DNA of 64,000 nucleotides from Geosiphon pyriformis uo1. Its lineage: Eukaryota; Fungi; Glomeromycota. The stretch spans positions 226,602 to 290,601 of the forward strand of contig JAAOMT010000420.1 in NCBI GenBank assembly GCA_016748015.1, read 5' to 3'. Under the pieces are notes generated by a model. It made no database searches and was not told the origin of the DNA. It saw only the letters and a program-made list of their open reading frames with translations. A program made the translations under genes and the position numbers. Below, piece after piece: positions 35,519 to 48,420 of this stretch. Each line of letters begins with the position of its first letter. Positions within the stretch are counted from its first letter, which is position 1.

Positions 35519-36615
35519 GGTCAATGATCAGGTCAATAATTAGGTCAATGATCAGGTCAATGGTCAGGTCATTGATCAGATCAATGATCAGGTTAACGGT
35601 GTTACCAGACGAAATTAGAGATATCATTTAGCATAAAACTATCTTATAATTCCTATCATTAATTAGCATATATTATCGTTTCAAATTATCACTTATTATA
35701 TTAGCAAAGAATGTTCGAAATTATCATTTAATTAATAACTCAAATTGTACACAACACAAATGTAACCTAATTGCAATGATCAATTATGCAATACCCCGAA
35801 CTATGTAACATTCAAAAGTTTGCCGAAATTTATAGAAATTTGCCAAAATAATTGATAGTTCACCGAAATATCTAATAGTTCACAGAAATAACTTGTAGTT
35901 TGCTGAAATGTATCTTTAGTTCAGCGAAATTGTAGAAAATAGCAAAGTTCAAGTTCATAGAATAGTGTTATGACAAGTTGTATAAAAGAAGAGCTTCTCT
36001 CTTCGAGAAAATGTATCTTACTTTAGATTTATCTCTTAAAACCGTTCCTATACACACAAAAAGAAATAAATATCAAATAATTCAAAAAACCAAATTCTTT
36101 AATTATTGTACTTGGAAAAACCCCCAAAAACCCAACTAACATTTCGAAATTGATTAGCTACCAATTTCAGTAAACTGTTAGTGACTCCAGGTCTGGATAG
36201 AAAAACGTTCTCTTGATAAAAATCTTATTTCTTTTATATTTCTTTTATTTTCTTTTCTTTTCTTATTACAATCATTAGGGTAGCCTACAGACGAGATTTT
36301 TGTAGAAGAGTTGACTTTCACAGCAAAGTAACTACACATTTTTAGTGAGCTTCCAAACGAGCAATTCCTGGAAAAGAGTTAATATTTACTACAACGTAAC
36401 TACATAAAGCAACTGGCACAGAATTGGCCATTCTACTCATAAGCCCAGCAAGTTCAAATTATAGGAGATAATTTGAAGTTAAAAATTCAGTTACTGGAGG
36501 TTCAACCACATCCAGAAAACGTGAATTCACAGCAAATAAATATCAACAACATTACAGAAAAGAAACCAAAAACTTCTGGTAACAACGGTCAGGTTATTGA
36601 TCAGATTAATGATCA
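35519..36615. repeat. 12-bp tandem array (GGTCAATGATCA) split by the solo LTR
   Basis: About 7 units at 35519-35599, continuing at 36585-36615. Confidence 0.85.
35600..36584 (+). mobile_element. Solo LTR, family A
   Basis: 985 bp, TGTTACCAGA...TCTGGTAACA, perfect TSD ACGG, no PBS or PPT. Confidence 0.97.
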
Positions 36616-39600
36616 CTATCTATAAATAGAATGGCTAATTTATATGACATCAGTGGCTAATACATGTAATAACTAATAAAAACTATGAGTTTTAACCATA
36701 ACACTATTTTAAAAAATGACTTTTTTAATATACACTTGATTATGCAGTTTTTATCCAGCAAAAATTTTCTATTTTTTTTTTAATTACATACCTTATAACA
36801 ATTATTTTAACAGTCTTGAATTTGTAATAACTTTTTCTAATTCTAAACAAATAATTAAAAATATCTATTGACTTAACACTATTTTGAATAATAATTTGTA
36901 CTTTAAAAGCCTTATTTTTATTAACAACTAACCAAATGTAAAGCAAAAAGTTAGTCTTAAATATATTATTAAACCTAAAAGATTTCACTACTTTGGTAAC
37001 CAGCAGTTTTAATTTGAAAAATCTTAATGACAGTTTATTAAAGAAATATTTGGTTTTATTATACCAATATTTAAAAAATATCTTGTCTGTTAATTCTATA
37101 ATTACATTTTTTAAGAATTCTATATTGTATTCAGATTACTCTTTACACTTGTTTTATTAAACTCATTTATTACTAAAAAAAGTTTAGTTGAAAAAAAATC
37201 ACAAAATTTACTTTATTTAATATTATTAACACTTTTAATTTTGAATTTTTATTAATCTTTGTTTGCTTATTTATAAATACTATTTAAATAAACATCCAAA
37301 AAACTTTTCAATCTAATTAAAATTTTAACTGCTTTATAATCTGTATCAAAAAAGTCAAATACAGAGTTAATTTTATAATCTGTACTAGCTAATAACAAAT
37401 TTTATTAACAAAAATATAATTAATAACTTTCTTTGCTTCTCTAAAATTGTTTTAAGTAGAAAATTTAGCCAAAAAATATTCATAAAATACATTAACCAAA
37501 TTTATATCTGAATATTTTTTGAAGCTTGTACTTTTTTTAAAACCATTTTTATTGAAATTACCATTTAAAATTACAAAAAAACTAGAACTAATTGTCTTAA
37601 AAATAACAAAGTTGATATTAAAAGCTTGATCAAATCTTATTCTAGCTAATGTACCAATATATAAACTCAGAATTGTAACTGAAAGCTTGTTTTTAAACAA
37701 CAAATAAACTGAAATGATTTTGTTAAAAACTTTTACAACTTTTAATACATGTTGAGTCAAAGAATAGTTCATAATTACAGCCATATCAGTATCACAAAAA
37801 TTTTTATTCAAACCTAATATAAAGATACAAACATTGTTAAATTTATTCTTAATTTATGACTTAATAGTGTATCTTAATTTAGTTTTAGTAAAAATAGAAA
37901 TTATGTTGCCAAATTTCAAATATTAATAAACAATGTTTTTTTGTTTAGCCAAATTGTTTATATTCTTAATATTGTACATGTCAATTTTTCAAAACAAATT
38001 ACTCATTTTGACAAAGAAAATACTAAAAAACTTAAATTAAAACACAGCTGATCTAATTTTTTTAGAACAGATTTGATAAATACTTTAAGAGCAAACATCT
38101 TAGATTCTAAGTTTCTTACTTTGAAGATTAAAATCTTAGAACTGCTTGTGCTTAAACTTAAAGTTATGTTTGTTGTTAAAGAAAAAGAGAAAGATGATAC
38201 TAACAAAACATCCAAAACTATATTTGAATTTAAAACTGAATTAGAAATTACTGAATTATATAACATAAAAGAAAAAAAGACAAGAGTAAAAAGAACCAAA
38301 CTCAAGTCACTTAGTCTTTGCATAATATTTGATATCTAATTAATTAGCAGCTTCAAAAAATATTTCAAAAAAGTTAGCCTATTACCAATTGCAGTTATAT
38401 TTAAAAAACCAAAGAAGTTTTTATTATAGTGTAAAATACTAATATAAAAAGATTCTAAGATAGAATTAGTATAAACAACAATAGAAATAACAATTAATAA
38501 TATTATTTGTGCTTAAAATTTATTACCAAAAGCAGCAAATTGGACAATGTAAACATTTTTTTTTGCATAAAAATAAACCAACTAAAGGCAATTTTTATCT
38601 AAAATATTCTTTTTATAATTTTTTTTGAGATAAGAGCAAATGAATTTAAAGAAATACATTTAAAAAATAAATGCCCAAAATGTTTACATTTTTCAGAATG
38701 AACCAAATTTATTCTAGCCCAAAAAAGCTTAATGTTATTTAGAATAAATTTTATGCAAAAAGCCAATTTTAATTTTTTCTCTAATTCAAAAACAATTATT
38801 ATATAACAAACTTTATTGCCAATTTTAAATAATCAGTTAATAATTCAAGTTTTTTTACCAGTTTTTTCTAACAGATTACCAAAATTATAAACAATTGTTC
38901 TTACAGACAGAGTAAACAAAAGTGTTTTACATTGAATTTTTATAGTTTTTTCTACATATACTGAATTTTTTCCAATTAAGAATAACAATTTTGTTGTCAA
39001 AAAATCAGTCTGATTTGAATTAGCAAATTTTACCACAACTTTTTGTCATAGTCTAATCAGTTATAAATAGATCAACACAATTTAACTAAATACAAAAATT
39101 ATAACAATAATTATTTTTTTAAGCATATTTATGAGAATTTTTTTGATTATTACAGCCTAATTTGAATACATTTCTTGTTTTTTAAGATTGTTGTTTATAA
39201 TAATTTTTTTTTTGGCCAATGATATAGCTTTCTTTATGTTTTTTTTTAAAATAAATATAGATTTTATAATTTCTTCAAATTTTGAAGAAGTAATAGTCTT
39301 CCTAAAATTATTAATTAATAAAAAAAATTTTTTAATTGTCTGAGTTTTTGTAGTTGCCAATTTATTTTTTATAGTTAAAAGATTAATGTCCAAAGCAAAA
39401 AATTTTCTAACAGATATTTTTATCTGAATTTTAATAATCTTTGAGTCAATCTATTTCTTATCTAAAAACATTAAAAAATAAGAAAAAAGCAAAACTTTAT
39501 TATTATCTAAATTGTATTTTAATATTTTAATAAAAAGCCAATTATCTTACCAGTATTAATTTTTTTGGCTTTAAGAATATTTATGTTTGAATTAAAGTAA

Positions 39601-40825
39601 TTTTTACTCTTGTTGTTAGCTTTATATTTAACATCATTATTAATAAAAAATACTATTAACATCTTTTTATTAATATTCATTCTATTGAACTGTCTAACTA
39701 CCTATTTAACTCTTTCAAATTTCATATTTGCTTTATTTTCTGAATGTTTAATATTTCCCAAAAGTGCTTTTTATTATTGAACAAAACTTTTATTAACTGA
39801 ATTTGATACCAAAACTCTTGCTAACTTTTTCTTAAGTACAGAATTACTCATAGTAGCAGCCAATTTGACAACAGAAGAGTTTGTTTCTTAAAAAATAGTA
39901 AGAAAGATTGCAGTAAAAACAGAAAAAAAAAACTTCTTTTAAAATTGTTAACTCTTTTAAAAATTTGAGATAAATAAAAAGAAAGAAGTTTTTTTAAATT
40001 TTTTTATGAATTTTTTTAATAATTATTAAAAAATTAATATTTAATACAAAAACTTTACAAAATTAAATAATTTTTTCTTTATTAAAAGCCAAAATAAAAA
40101 ATTTCAATTTTTCAAACACAAAAAAAATGGTTAATAATTTTATTATTACTTAAAACACCAAAATCAGATTGTTTTACAAGTTTTTTTAATTTGTAAAACT
40201 AAATATAAATTTTTTAAAAATTTGTATTGTTTTTTATTTCAATAGTCTTTTTAATTTTTTATTAACAAAGCTAAATTTTTTTAATAATCCATTTTTTATG
40301 TTTTTAATATTCAAATTTTTATTAATATTATTATTATAAGTGCTAATTTTACTTTTTTAAAACACAAATTTGGAATTTTTACCAAACTTAACCATAGTTA
40401 TATTCGAAAAACCAGCAGAAAAATTTATTATCAATACTTTAATACTCGGTTTTTTAGGCTTTTTTGTCTACTTTACCAAAATTATGTATAAAAATATCTT
40501 TTTTTATATCTAAGTAAATTCTTATTTTGTCTTTATTTTTAATTATACCAACAGCAAAAGTGCTTACTATGTTTAGTTTCAAAAACAAAGATATATTAAA
40601 AAAATAACTTAAGATGAAAACAGAAAAAAAAAGTAATAAAATATTTTTTTAATAACTCTTTATTTTCTTTATGATTAAAGAATTAATAAGAGAAAAAGTT
40701 TTTTAATACTTATTATTTTAACATTAAAAACATTATTTTATAATAAATAAATAAATAAATAAAATTTAAAATATAACATGAATAATTTTTTTGTAATAGC
40801 TAGAAAAAAAAAACATTTAAAAACA

Positions 40826-40860
<35 letters not shown>

Positions 40861-40993
40861 AATCTAAATTAACATAAAATGTTTTTAGTTATATTAAGAT
40901 GCCCAAAAATCTTATTTAGTTAATAACAAAAAAAGTCAGATAATCAATAACATGAAGTTATAAAATTAAAATTTCCGTTGTTGTATCCTCAAA

Positions 40994-42289
40994 ATGGCTT
41001 TATTCATACTCGGCCAACTCCCAAAACCTTTCGCTCGTTCTTTTTCAATATCTGCGACTAAATTTGTGGATCTCCATAAACCTCCTTATTCTAATCATAT
41101 AACTCAAGCTATCCTAAATGGAAAACACACTTCCCTAACCTCAAATTTGTCACCCGACGAAAACACCTCAACAAAACCACTCCCACCTGCTCCAAATTGT
41201 GTTTACGGTGTCGATGAGCCTCCCAGCGCTTTTAAGAAAAACTCCTTTTCCGAAAAGATAAAGAATTGGTTCAATAAGGAAAAGAGGAAAGAGCGCTGGG
41301 CAAGCTTGTATGTTTCATCTGTATCATCCTTTAGATCCTATAGTCGTGGTTATTGTTAACCTTTATCATCGCCGATATGAACACAGAATGCAAGATTACA
41401 AAACATCTTATTTTCAGGATCACTATGATCTAAGGAAAACAGGGGTAAAGCTTTGGGAGGCCAGTACCGAATTGATTAAAGCTGATGTATGCGTTAATGC
41501 AAATTTGTTCAATGAGCACAAGTTCCAAGGTGTTTTAATTCAAAAGTTCTGTTGCAAATGTTGTATTAATGAAAATTTTTAAATGAAAGAAAGCAAAATT
41601 CATGCCGAACATCAACGGTCGTTCGCTTGTTGAAGATAATGTAAATACCACGAATCTTTTACGAGGAAAAACATCGGTAGTGACAATCTGTTGTAACGCA
41701 TTTGGAGAGGTTTGGGAATTACGCTGTTTCTTTTGCTCAAAAATCCCTAATTATCGGAAAAGATGCTCAATCTTTGAACTTAGGGGCAAATTCGAAATTT
41801 TGTCGATTCATTTCTTGAAACATTTCATCAGCATCCGAGAATACAATTGATGCAGGTATTGATCAATAGTTTAAACATTAAAAGACATCAAATAATCCTA
41901 ATTTTATTCCTGGATTTTAAAAGTTGAATCTTCAGGGAGGTTACCTCAAGTCTTTGATTCTACTTCTGATGATACCTCATATTCGAAAGAGAGTGGACCC
42001 TTCTCTCCACGTATGTTTTTTTTTAATTTGTCGAGGTTAACTGAATATGCTATCTATTACTAATCTTGGAATCTTCGACAATCAGTCTACATATATTATC
42101 AAATTAAATAAAATTAAGCACATATGCAACGCATTGACATTGAATACCACTCGTGGTTATGTCTTCATAGTTGATGAGCAATGTAAAATACGATGGGCGG
42201 CTCATGGTCATGCAACTCGGAGAGAATTGGAAACTTTACGAAAGTTATTGGAAAAGTTGGATGAAAGGAATCAGACAAAGAATAGATAA
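40994..42289 (+). CDS. ATP10: Mitochondrial ATPase assembly factor ATP10 (multi-exon)
   Basis: Presequence-like N-terminus; SYFQD..DLRKTG.KLWEA...LIKAD, MPNI.G.SL, GYVFIVDEQCKIRWAAHG.AT motifs. Confidence 0.88.
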
Positions 42290-42477
42290 ATACAGCAATA
42301 TTTGAGACCAACTTGGAATTCCCTGGGGCAACTTTTCATTGATCTTTTTGAAAATCATTTTCTTGGGACTGGTTAAAGCTTCGGCAAAGATTTCTCTTGA
42401 GAGAATACCATGAAATTGTTTCATAAACAAAATAATGAGTGAATCGTCGCTCAGATACTTAAATTTGAGGAATACAC

Positions 42478-43575
42478 TTACACGATTTTATACGCGAAAA
42501 ATGAAAATTCTGAATACCTACTCAGCAGCATCCTATCAACAAAAATTCTAAGCATGATGGATCTATCTTCCCTCCTCTTTTTCGGGCTCTTTTTTGTGAA
42601 TTCCTTTCGCCATTCGATCTTTTTCAGCCTGACGCAGCTTCATTAAAGTAATGGCTTCGTAATCAAAATTTGAGTCATGATTACTGAAAGTCTGTTTGAA
42701 GAGAAGTATTTAATGGTTAACTACATTGTCATTTATTTAAAAAATACTCAATGCTCATAGGTGAATAAAAAAATTTGATACTTTTGGGGAATAATTGAGG
42801 GTGTCAAATCTTGGAGATGATCCCGAATATCGTCCATCTGAATTTGGGCCAAATGAATTAGACGATATTGATGATTTTTTTGAAGCTTTTAAATCTGCTG
42901 CACGCTGTCTCAATTTTTCTTCCTTTTCTTGTCGTCGGCGTGCTGTATCGGCTTTTAACCGTTCAATCTAGGGGGTGATCATAGTTGAGGTGAGCTTTAA
43001 AATATACGTCAAATATTATTTCATCTTAAATTTACCTTGGCTCCCGCCGTTTCTACAGAATAAGTCTTTGTCTGCATTTTTTTTTTAGCTGCTCTCTCCG
43101 CTTCTTCCAAATCTACGTAATTTAAAATTGTAAACAACGATCAAAAATAAGAAAAGTCGGGTCTATAATTGCTATTATTTATTCACCTTCTTTCATGACT
43201 TTTCTTTTAGCGTCCAACGCATTATAGCGTTCCTTGTTAGCAATACGTGCTTTACGTAAATTATCATATTCACGCTTTTTAATGGGGTCCGAAAGTAGTT
43301 CAAACGCTTTCGATACTTGATGGAAGATTTTTATCGCTGTAAAGAAAATAGTGGTGTTTATTAGCCTTTTCAACTAAATGCGCGCGAGGGGGGAGGGAGG
43401 GTAAAAACGGTATTTTTAAAGTATGAAACGAACCTGCTTCCGGGTTTTTACGGTTTTTGTCAGGATGATATTTCCGTGCTTTCTGGCGATAGGCTTTCTC
43501 AATTTCTTCAACAGTACTGTTATAATTTACCTCGAGAAGATCGTAGTAGTCAAGTTCAAGATTTTCTGCACTCAT
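42478..43575 (-). CDS. DnaJ-domain protein, Cwf23/DNAJC17-like (multi-exon)
   Basis: J domain DYYDLL...[15 protein letters not shown]...KAFELLSDP; C-terminal [14 protein letters not shown] motif; 3' end approximate. Confidence 0.8.
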
Positions 43576-43816
43576 TAGAAAAAACTTAATTTCAAGCAAA
43601 GTAATATATTAGAAGTACGAAGACTAGAATAAAAACTTGATAAGTTGATAGTTTAAATCACCCCGTAATTTATATCTACTAATTTAGACTACAATGGTGG
43701 CCACTTTTGGCTATTTCCCGCGTGATTCAAACAATGAGCAATATCCTATTTAAAAAGCAACACTTATTTCAATTCACGTAATGTAGGTTTTTTTGTTCTC
43801 AATTTCAAAAATTAAA

Positions 43817-45976
43817 ATGTCGAACGGAGTTGTCGCTACCGCTCTTCATAAATGCACCCCTGAAAGCGATAGCAAAGCACCTTTTCGTACCACCCTTCTT
43901 TTCAGCGTTTCAGACCATGTAGGCATTTTGGACGAATGTTTAGCGGCCATCAAATCCTTGCATGTCTCTTTAAAGAGAATTGAAAGGTAAATTAACCCTT
44001 ACTTTAACTGGTTTTATTATCTAATATCATACTGCTTAAACCTACTTTTAATTTAAAAGTCGTCCAAGCAAGACTCCTGGTTGGGACTATGATTTCTTTG
44101 TCGACTTTGACGCTGAAAGCAAACAACAGTTGGAGAACGTTGTTGGAACCTTGCAAAATGTTACCAAAAAAGTTCATATTGTTAGTGCAGATACCAACGA
44201 GGCTACCGAAAGTGAGTTTTTTCCGCCAATTAGAGGATTTTTAGTAATCTTTATATAATGGTGTGCATTCTTTTCTAATTTAGCACACGTCCCATGGTTT
44301 CCCCGCAAGAAATCGGACTTAGATTCATTTACGGAAAAAGTTTTGGAAATGGGAGAAGATCTCTGTAGGATAATTTATTATTCCTCTTACTTTCTCAAGT
44401 CCATTCGGATCAAGTTAAAATATAAATAATATTTTTTATGAATTATAAGCCTCCGATCACCCTGGTGCGCATGATCCAATATATCGCGCCCGACGTGCTG
44501 AAATTACTCGGGTGGCTAAAACTCATCGTCATGGTCAACCTATTCCTAAGGTTGATTACACGTCCAAAGAAATTGAGACTTGGGGCACTGTTTTTCGAAA
44601 TCTTGTAAAGCTTTTCTCGACTCATGCATGCCGTGAACATCAATATGTTTTTCCGCTGCTTGTTCAGAATTGTGGTTATAGAGAGGATAATATTCCACAA
44701 TTGGAGGAAGTTTCAAAATTCTTGAAAGGTATAATATTTGCAATGCATTAAGAAATGAAATACTAAATACATTTTCTTCTAAAATTTTTAATTAAATATT
44801 CTACCAGATTGTACCGGCTTCACTCTACGACCAGTGATGGGACTTCTCACCTCGAGAGATTTTCTTAACGGCCTTGCTTTTCGTGTTTTTCATTCCACTC
44901 AATACATTCGTCATCACTCTAAACCATTATTTACCCCTGAGCCGTAATTATGGTTTTTTTTGATTCCTAAATGATACCATTGGAAACATATTGACCACTC
45001 ACGAATTTTAAAAAAATCCACAGAGATATCTGTCATGAGCTTTTAGGCCATGTAAGTTTGATCGGTTAAAGTTTACTGATTAATATTTATACTTTATCTG
45101 CTCAAGTGTGTTCTCTCTTTCAGGTACCTCTGTTTTGTGATCCGGACTTTGCCGATTTCTCACAGGTAATATTTTATTGTAGATAATTAAAAATAATTTT
45201 TTGCCATAGTGTTTAAAATTCACTTCGTTCATTAGGAAATTGGCCTCGCATCTCTTGGTGCTAGCGACAACGATGTGCAAAAGCTTGCAACAGTGAGTAT
45301 TTATTTTTACCCTAGTAATTTTTTCAATAAGCTTCTGATTCCGCGATCGAATCCTTTCAATTGCAGATCTATTGGTTCACAGTTGAATTCGGTTTATGTA
45401 GACAAGATAACGAGTTACGTGCCTATGGTGCTGGGCTGCTATCTTCCTTTGGCGAATTGGAGGTAGAGGCCGTATTGTAAATTTGGAATATTTGCTTACT
45501 AAACTAACCCTCCTAAAACGTTATTACAGTATGCGCTTTCTGATGAAAATGAGAAACGACCATTTGAACCGACCAAAACAGCTGTTCAGGAATACATTGT
45601 GACCGATTATCAACCTGTAAGTTTGAAAATGGTTTTTAATCAGAGCCTTTCCTAACCCTCCTAAATCTTTCAATTGATTTCCGGAATCAAGATATATTTC
45701 GTTGCGGACTCTTTTAAAGATGCTCAGTTAAAGGTCCGAGAATATGCCAAGACCTTAAGCCGTCCATTTTCCATACGCTATAACCCTTATACTGAAAGTA
45801 TAGAAGTCCTTGATAATAAGGTTTATATATTCATTGACAGACTGACATTATATTTACATTTATAAATTATTTATCAAGTCATTAATTCGGAATTATAGGA
45901 AAAAATACTAAGGTTGGGGCAAAATCTTAAAAACGATCTATCAACACTTGTAGACGCATTAGAAGGCTTGCATTGA
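43817..45976 (+). CDS. PAH: Phenylalanine-4-hydroxylase (biopterin-dependent aromatic amino acid hydroxylase with ACT domain), multi-exon
   Basis: [82 protein letters not shown]. Confidence 0.93.
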
Positions 45977-46166
45977 GTGATCTTGGTCTGCTTCACTTTT
46001 TTTCGCACGTTGTAAGATAGCTTTGCTGAGGTTCGAAAGTGGGGAGACTTTTCTTATTTCATAGGTGACAGAGGGTTCTTTGATTGATTGTAAGATGAAT
46101 GTAATACCATTGAAATTTATAACAAAGATAATTAAAGGAAATCAGAATGTCAAACCATTGCATAAT

Positions 46167-46885
46167 AGAGAGTTTGGGCTACAATGATTTTCTTTGTAAA
46201 TTTACCTGTAGCCACAAATTTGTGGCTTGTACAAAGAAATTTAAAATCGGAATTCTTTGTAGATCTCCTCTACAAGTAAGAGATTTTTGTTATCTAATTT
46301 TTTGCAATCTGTAGCCCAAAAGCTGACAAGGTATGTCTTACAATATGTCCAAACCTAAGAGAGATATTCTCGAATCTATTTTAAGACTGTGGACCATTTT
46401 TATTGTTAGTGAATAAGCATTCACTATACTATCTACTACCTGTCACGTCGCAAATAACTTGTTGGCAGAAACGAGAAATTTCATCAGTTGGTCGACCAAA
46501 AAGGTGAATAGTATCAACATGTCGGTTTGGATGCATAATGAATCAACTCCAGTTGCCCGCAAACGATTTTCTGTAATGATACTGATGGAATTCGGAAGTG
46601 TTCAACAAGTTGTTCTATCTGTGTTTTGTTGAATCTATAAGCCGTTGTCTTCAATATACTTTTCAAAACATTATTGTCACATTAATCATATAAAACTTTA
46701 ATCTTCATACCGGAAAAATGCTACACACGTTCCCTCATCAAGTGCATTTAGATCAAGTCTCGTATTGGGAATCAATGGACGTTCAGGTTCAAATATTGTC
46801 TTCATTGTTATGGCCAGTTGCTGTTGACGCTTAGCCAATTGCAGAAATAAATTTACAAGGAAAATCATTGTAGCACAAACTCTCT
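46167..46885 (-). mobile_element. Internally deleted PIF/Harbinger-superfamily DNA transposon
   Basis: ~38-bp TIRs AGAGAGTTTG(G/T)GCTACAATGATTTTC(T/C)TTGTAAATTTA; TSD AAT; minus-strand remnant LDEGTCVAFFR/FNKTQIEQLVEHFRIP...ENR...LFGRPTDEISRF resembling the Harbinger transposase N-terminus. Confidence 0.8.
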
Positions 46886-46921
46886 AATATTAGTTTAAGC
46901 GTGATAAAATATCTTGCTAAA

Positions 46922-48250
46922 ATGATTGCTTGCATAAAATTTCGAAAACCGAGTTTAAAAGCCAAGGTACCAATCTTGGTTCCCTTTAGAAAATACTCGT
47001 CGAAAGTATACCCAAAGGAAGCTATAAAACTAGCTTTTCTCGAGTATCAACCACCGAGCCCCCAGCAGCCCTCTGAAATCCCTCCGCTTGTAATTCTTCA
47101 TGGACTCTTTGGGTCAAAACAGAATTGGAAATCTCTTGCAAGAGCCTTTTCACAACGACTCAACACACGAGTTTTAACTTTGGCAAGCTTGGGTTTTCTT
47201 GTAAAAGATTTATTATTTTGAATCATGCGTTATTAACGAATTCATCTCATTTTTTATAGGATTTGAGAAATCATGGCGAAAGCCCACATTCACCTGTCCA
47301 TAATTATGAAGGAATGGCCAACGACGTTGCTAGTTTTTTAAGTGATCACAAGCTTCATAAAATCATATTAATAGGACATTCGATGTACGATAACCAGTTT
47401 CCTTAAATTTTGATTATATCACAAAATCCAAGCATAAGTCTTTTCCCTTCTGACATTGGTAGGGGCGGCAAAGTTGCTATGTACATGGCTCTTCAACACG
47501 TCCCATACATCGAAAAATTGGTGGTAGTTGATAACGCGCCCTTGAAGATTCGCTTGTCGACGGACTTTGCAAAATATATTGAGGGGATGAAAAAGATTGA
47601 AGAAACTAAATTGACAAAGCAAAGTATCGCAGATGAAATATTGCAAGAATTTGAGTCGGTATATAATTCTTGGTTTATTATTTTTACGTATGTCGAAATC
47701 TAGGTCAATTTTTGACCATATTTAATATTCCTTGATTCGGTCAGGACATTTCAATTAGGCAATTTCTCTTAACCAATTTGAAGAAAGACCCAAAGTCAGG
47801 TGTCTACAAATTTCGTATTCCCCTTGAAATATTAGGCGAAAGTCTGGAGAAATTGGGCGATTTCCCATTCGAATCGGCTCATCACACTTATCATAAACCG
47901 ACTTTATTTATAGCTGGCACAAGGTCCAACTATGTACCGCTAAAGGTTTGCACTCGGCAATTTTTATTGTTAGCGAGAGTTGTCGCGTTTGGATTTGAAG
48001 AACCATTCATCATTCTCAATTAATGTTAAAATTAGGCTCATCAAACCATAAAGACCTTTTTCCCTGAATCCGTAATTGTGAACGTGAACGCTGGACATTG
48101 GGGTAACCATTTATAATTCAATACTAGCATTTGAAATATAGATCTTATCCATGAAATAACATATCATCTTTTAAAGTCCATGCAGAGAAGCCGCAAGAAT
48201 TTTTAATGATCGTTTCTGACTTTATTAAAAGTGGTCAAGTTGTTTCATAG
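46922..48250 (+). CDS. Mitochondrial alpha/beta hydrolase, ABHD11/Imo32-like (multi-exon; first intron GC-AG)
   Basis: ILHGLFGSKQNW, DLRNHGESPH, GHSM/GGK nucleophile split by an intron, PTLFIAG..SNY, AGHWVHAEKP. Confidence 0.92.
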
Positions 48251-48420
48251 ATGAGTTTTTTCTCAGGTAGACATAGGAACTTAAAGGGTATTGATTGAAA
48301 CCCCATTGCGTAAACTGGAATGATCAATTTTTGATAGGGCTATAAATATAATTTAAATAACCCATTGTAAAACATCCTTCTATTCAAAACTTGGGAAGAC
48401 AATTTTCTATGTCAATCTTC

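Larger units (their letters stand above)
33565..36703 (-). mobile_element. Composite LTR-like insertion with no recognisable coding domain (families C/D) in the old LINE
   Basis: Termini TGTTAT...ATAACA, perfect TSD CTAT (33561-64 / 36704-07), LINE frame restored on removal; internal LTR-like ends at 34879 and 34888. Confidence 0.8.
22238..39900 (-). mobile_element. Old, heavily AT-shifted LINE (ORF1 ~38000-39900; APE endonuclease ~37400-37980; RT at 32861-33564 and 22240-22994), interrupted by E3 and the 33565-36703 insert
   Basis: Endonuclease-like KNKLSVTILSLY...ILNGNFN; RT-like IEITKKIFFKILLDQI...NFSVLK and LWRIFYD. Frame rejoins across both insertions (YIKMCKKFIGFF; SFFKIVLNYLII). Outer ends approximate. 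Confidence 0.8.
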
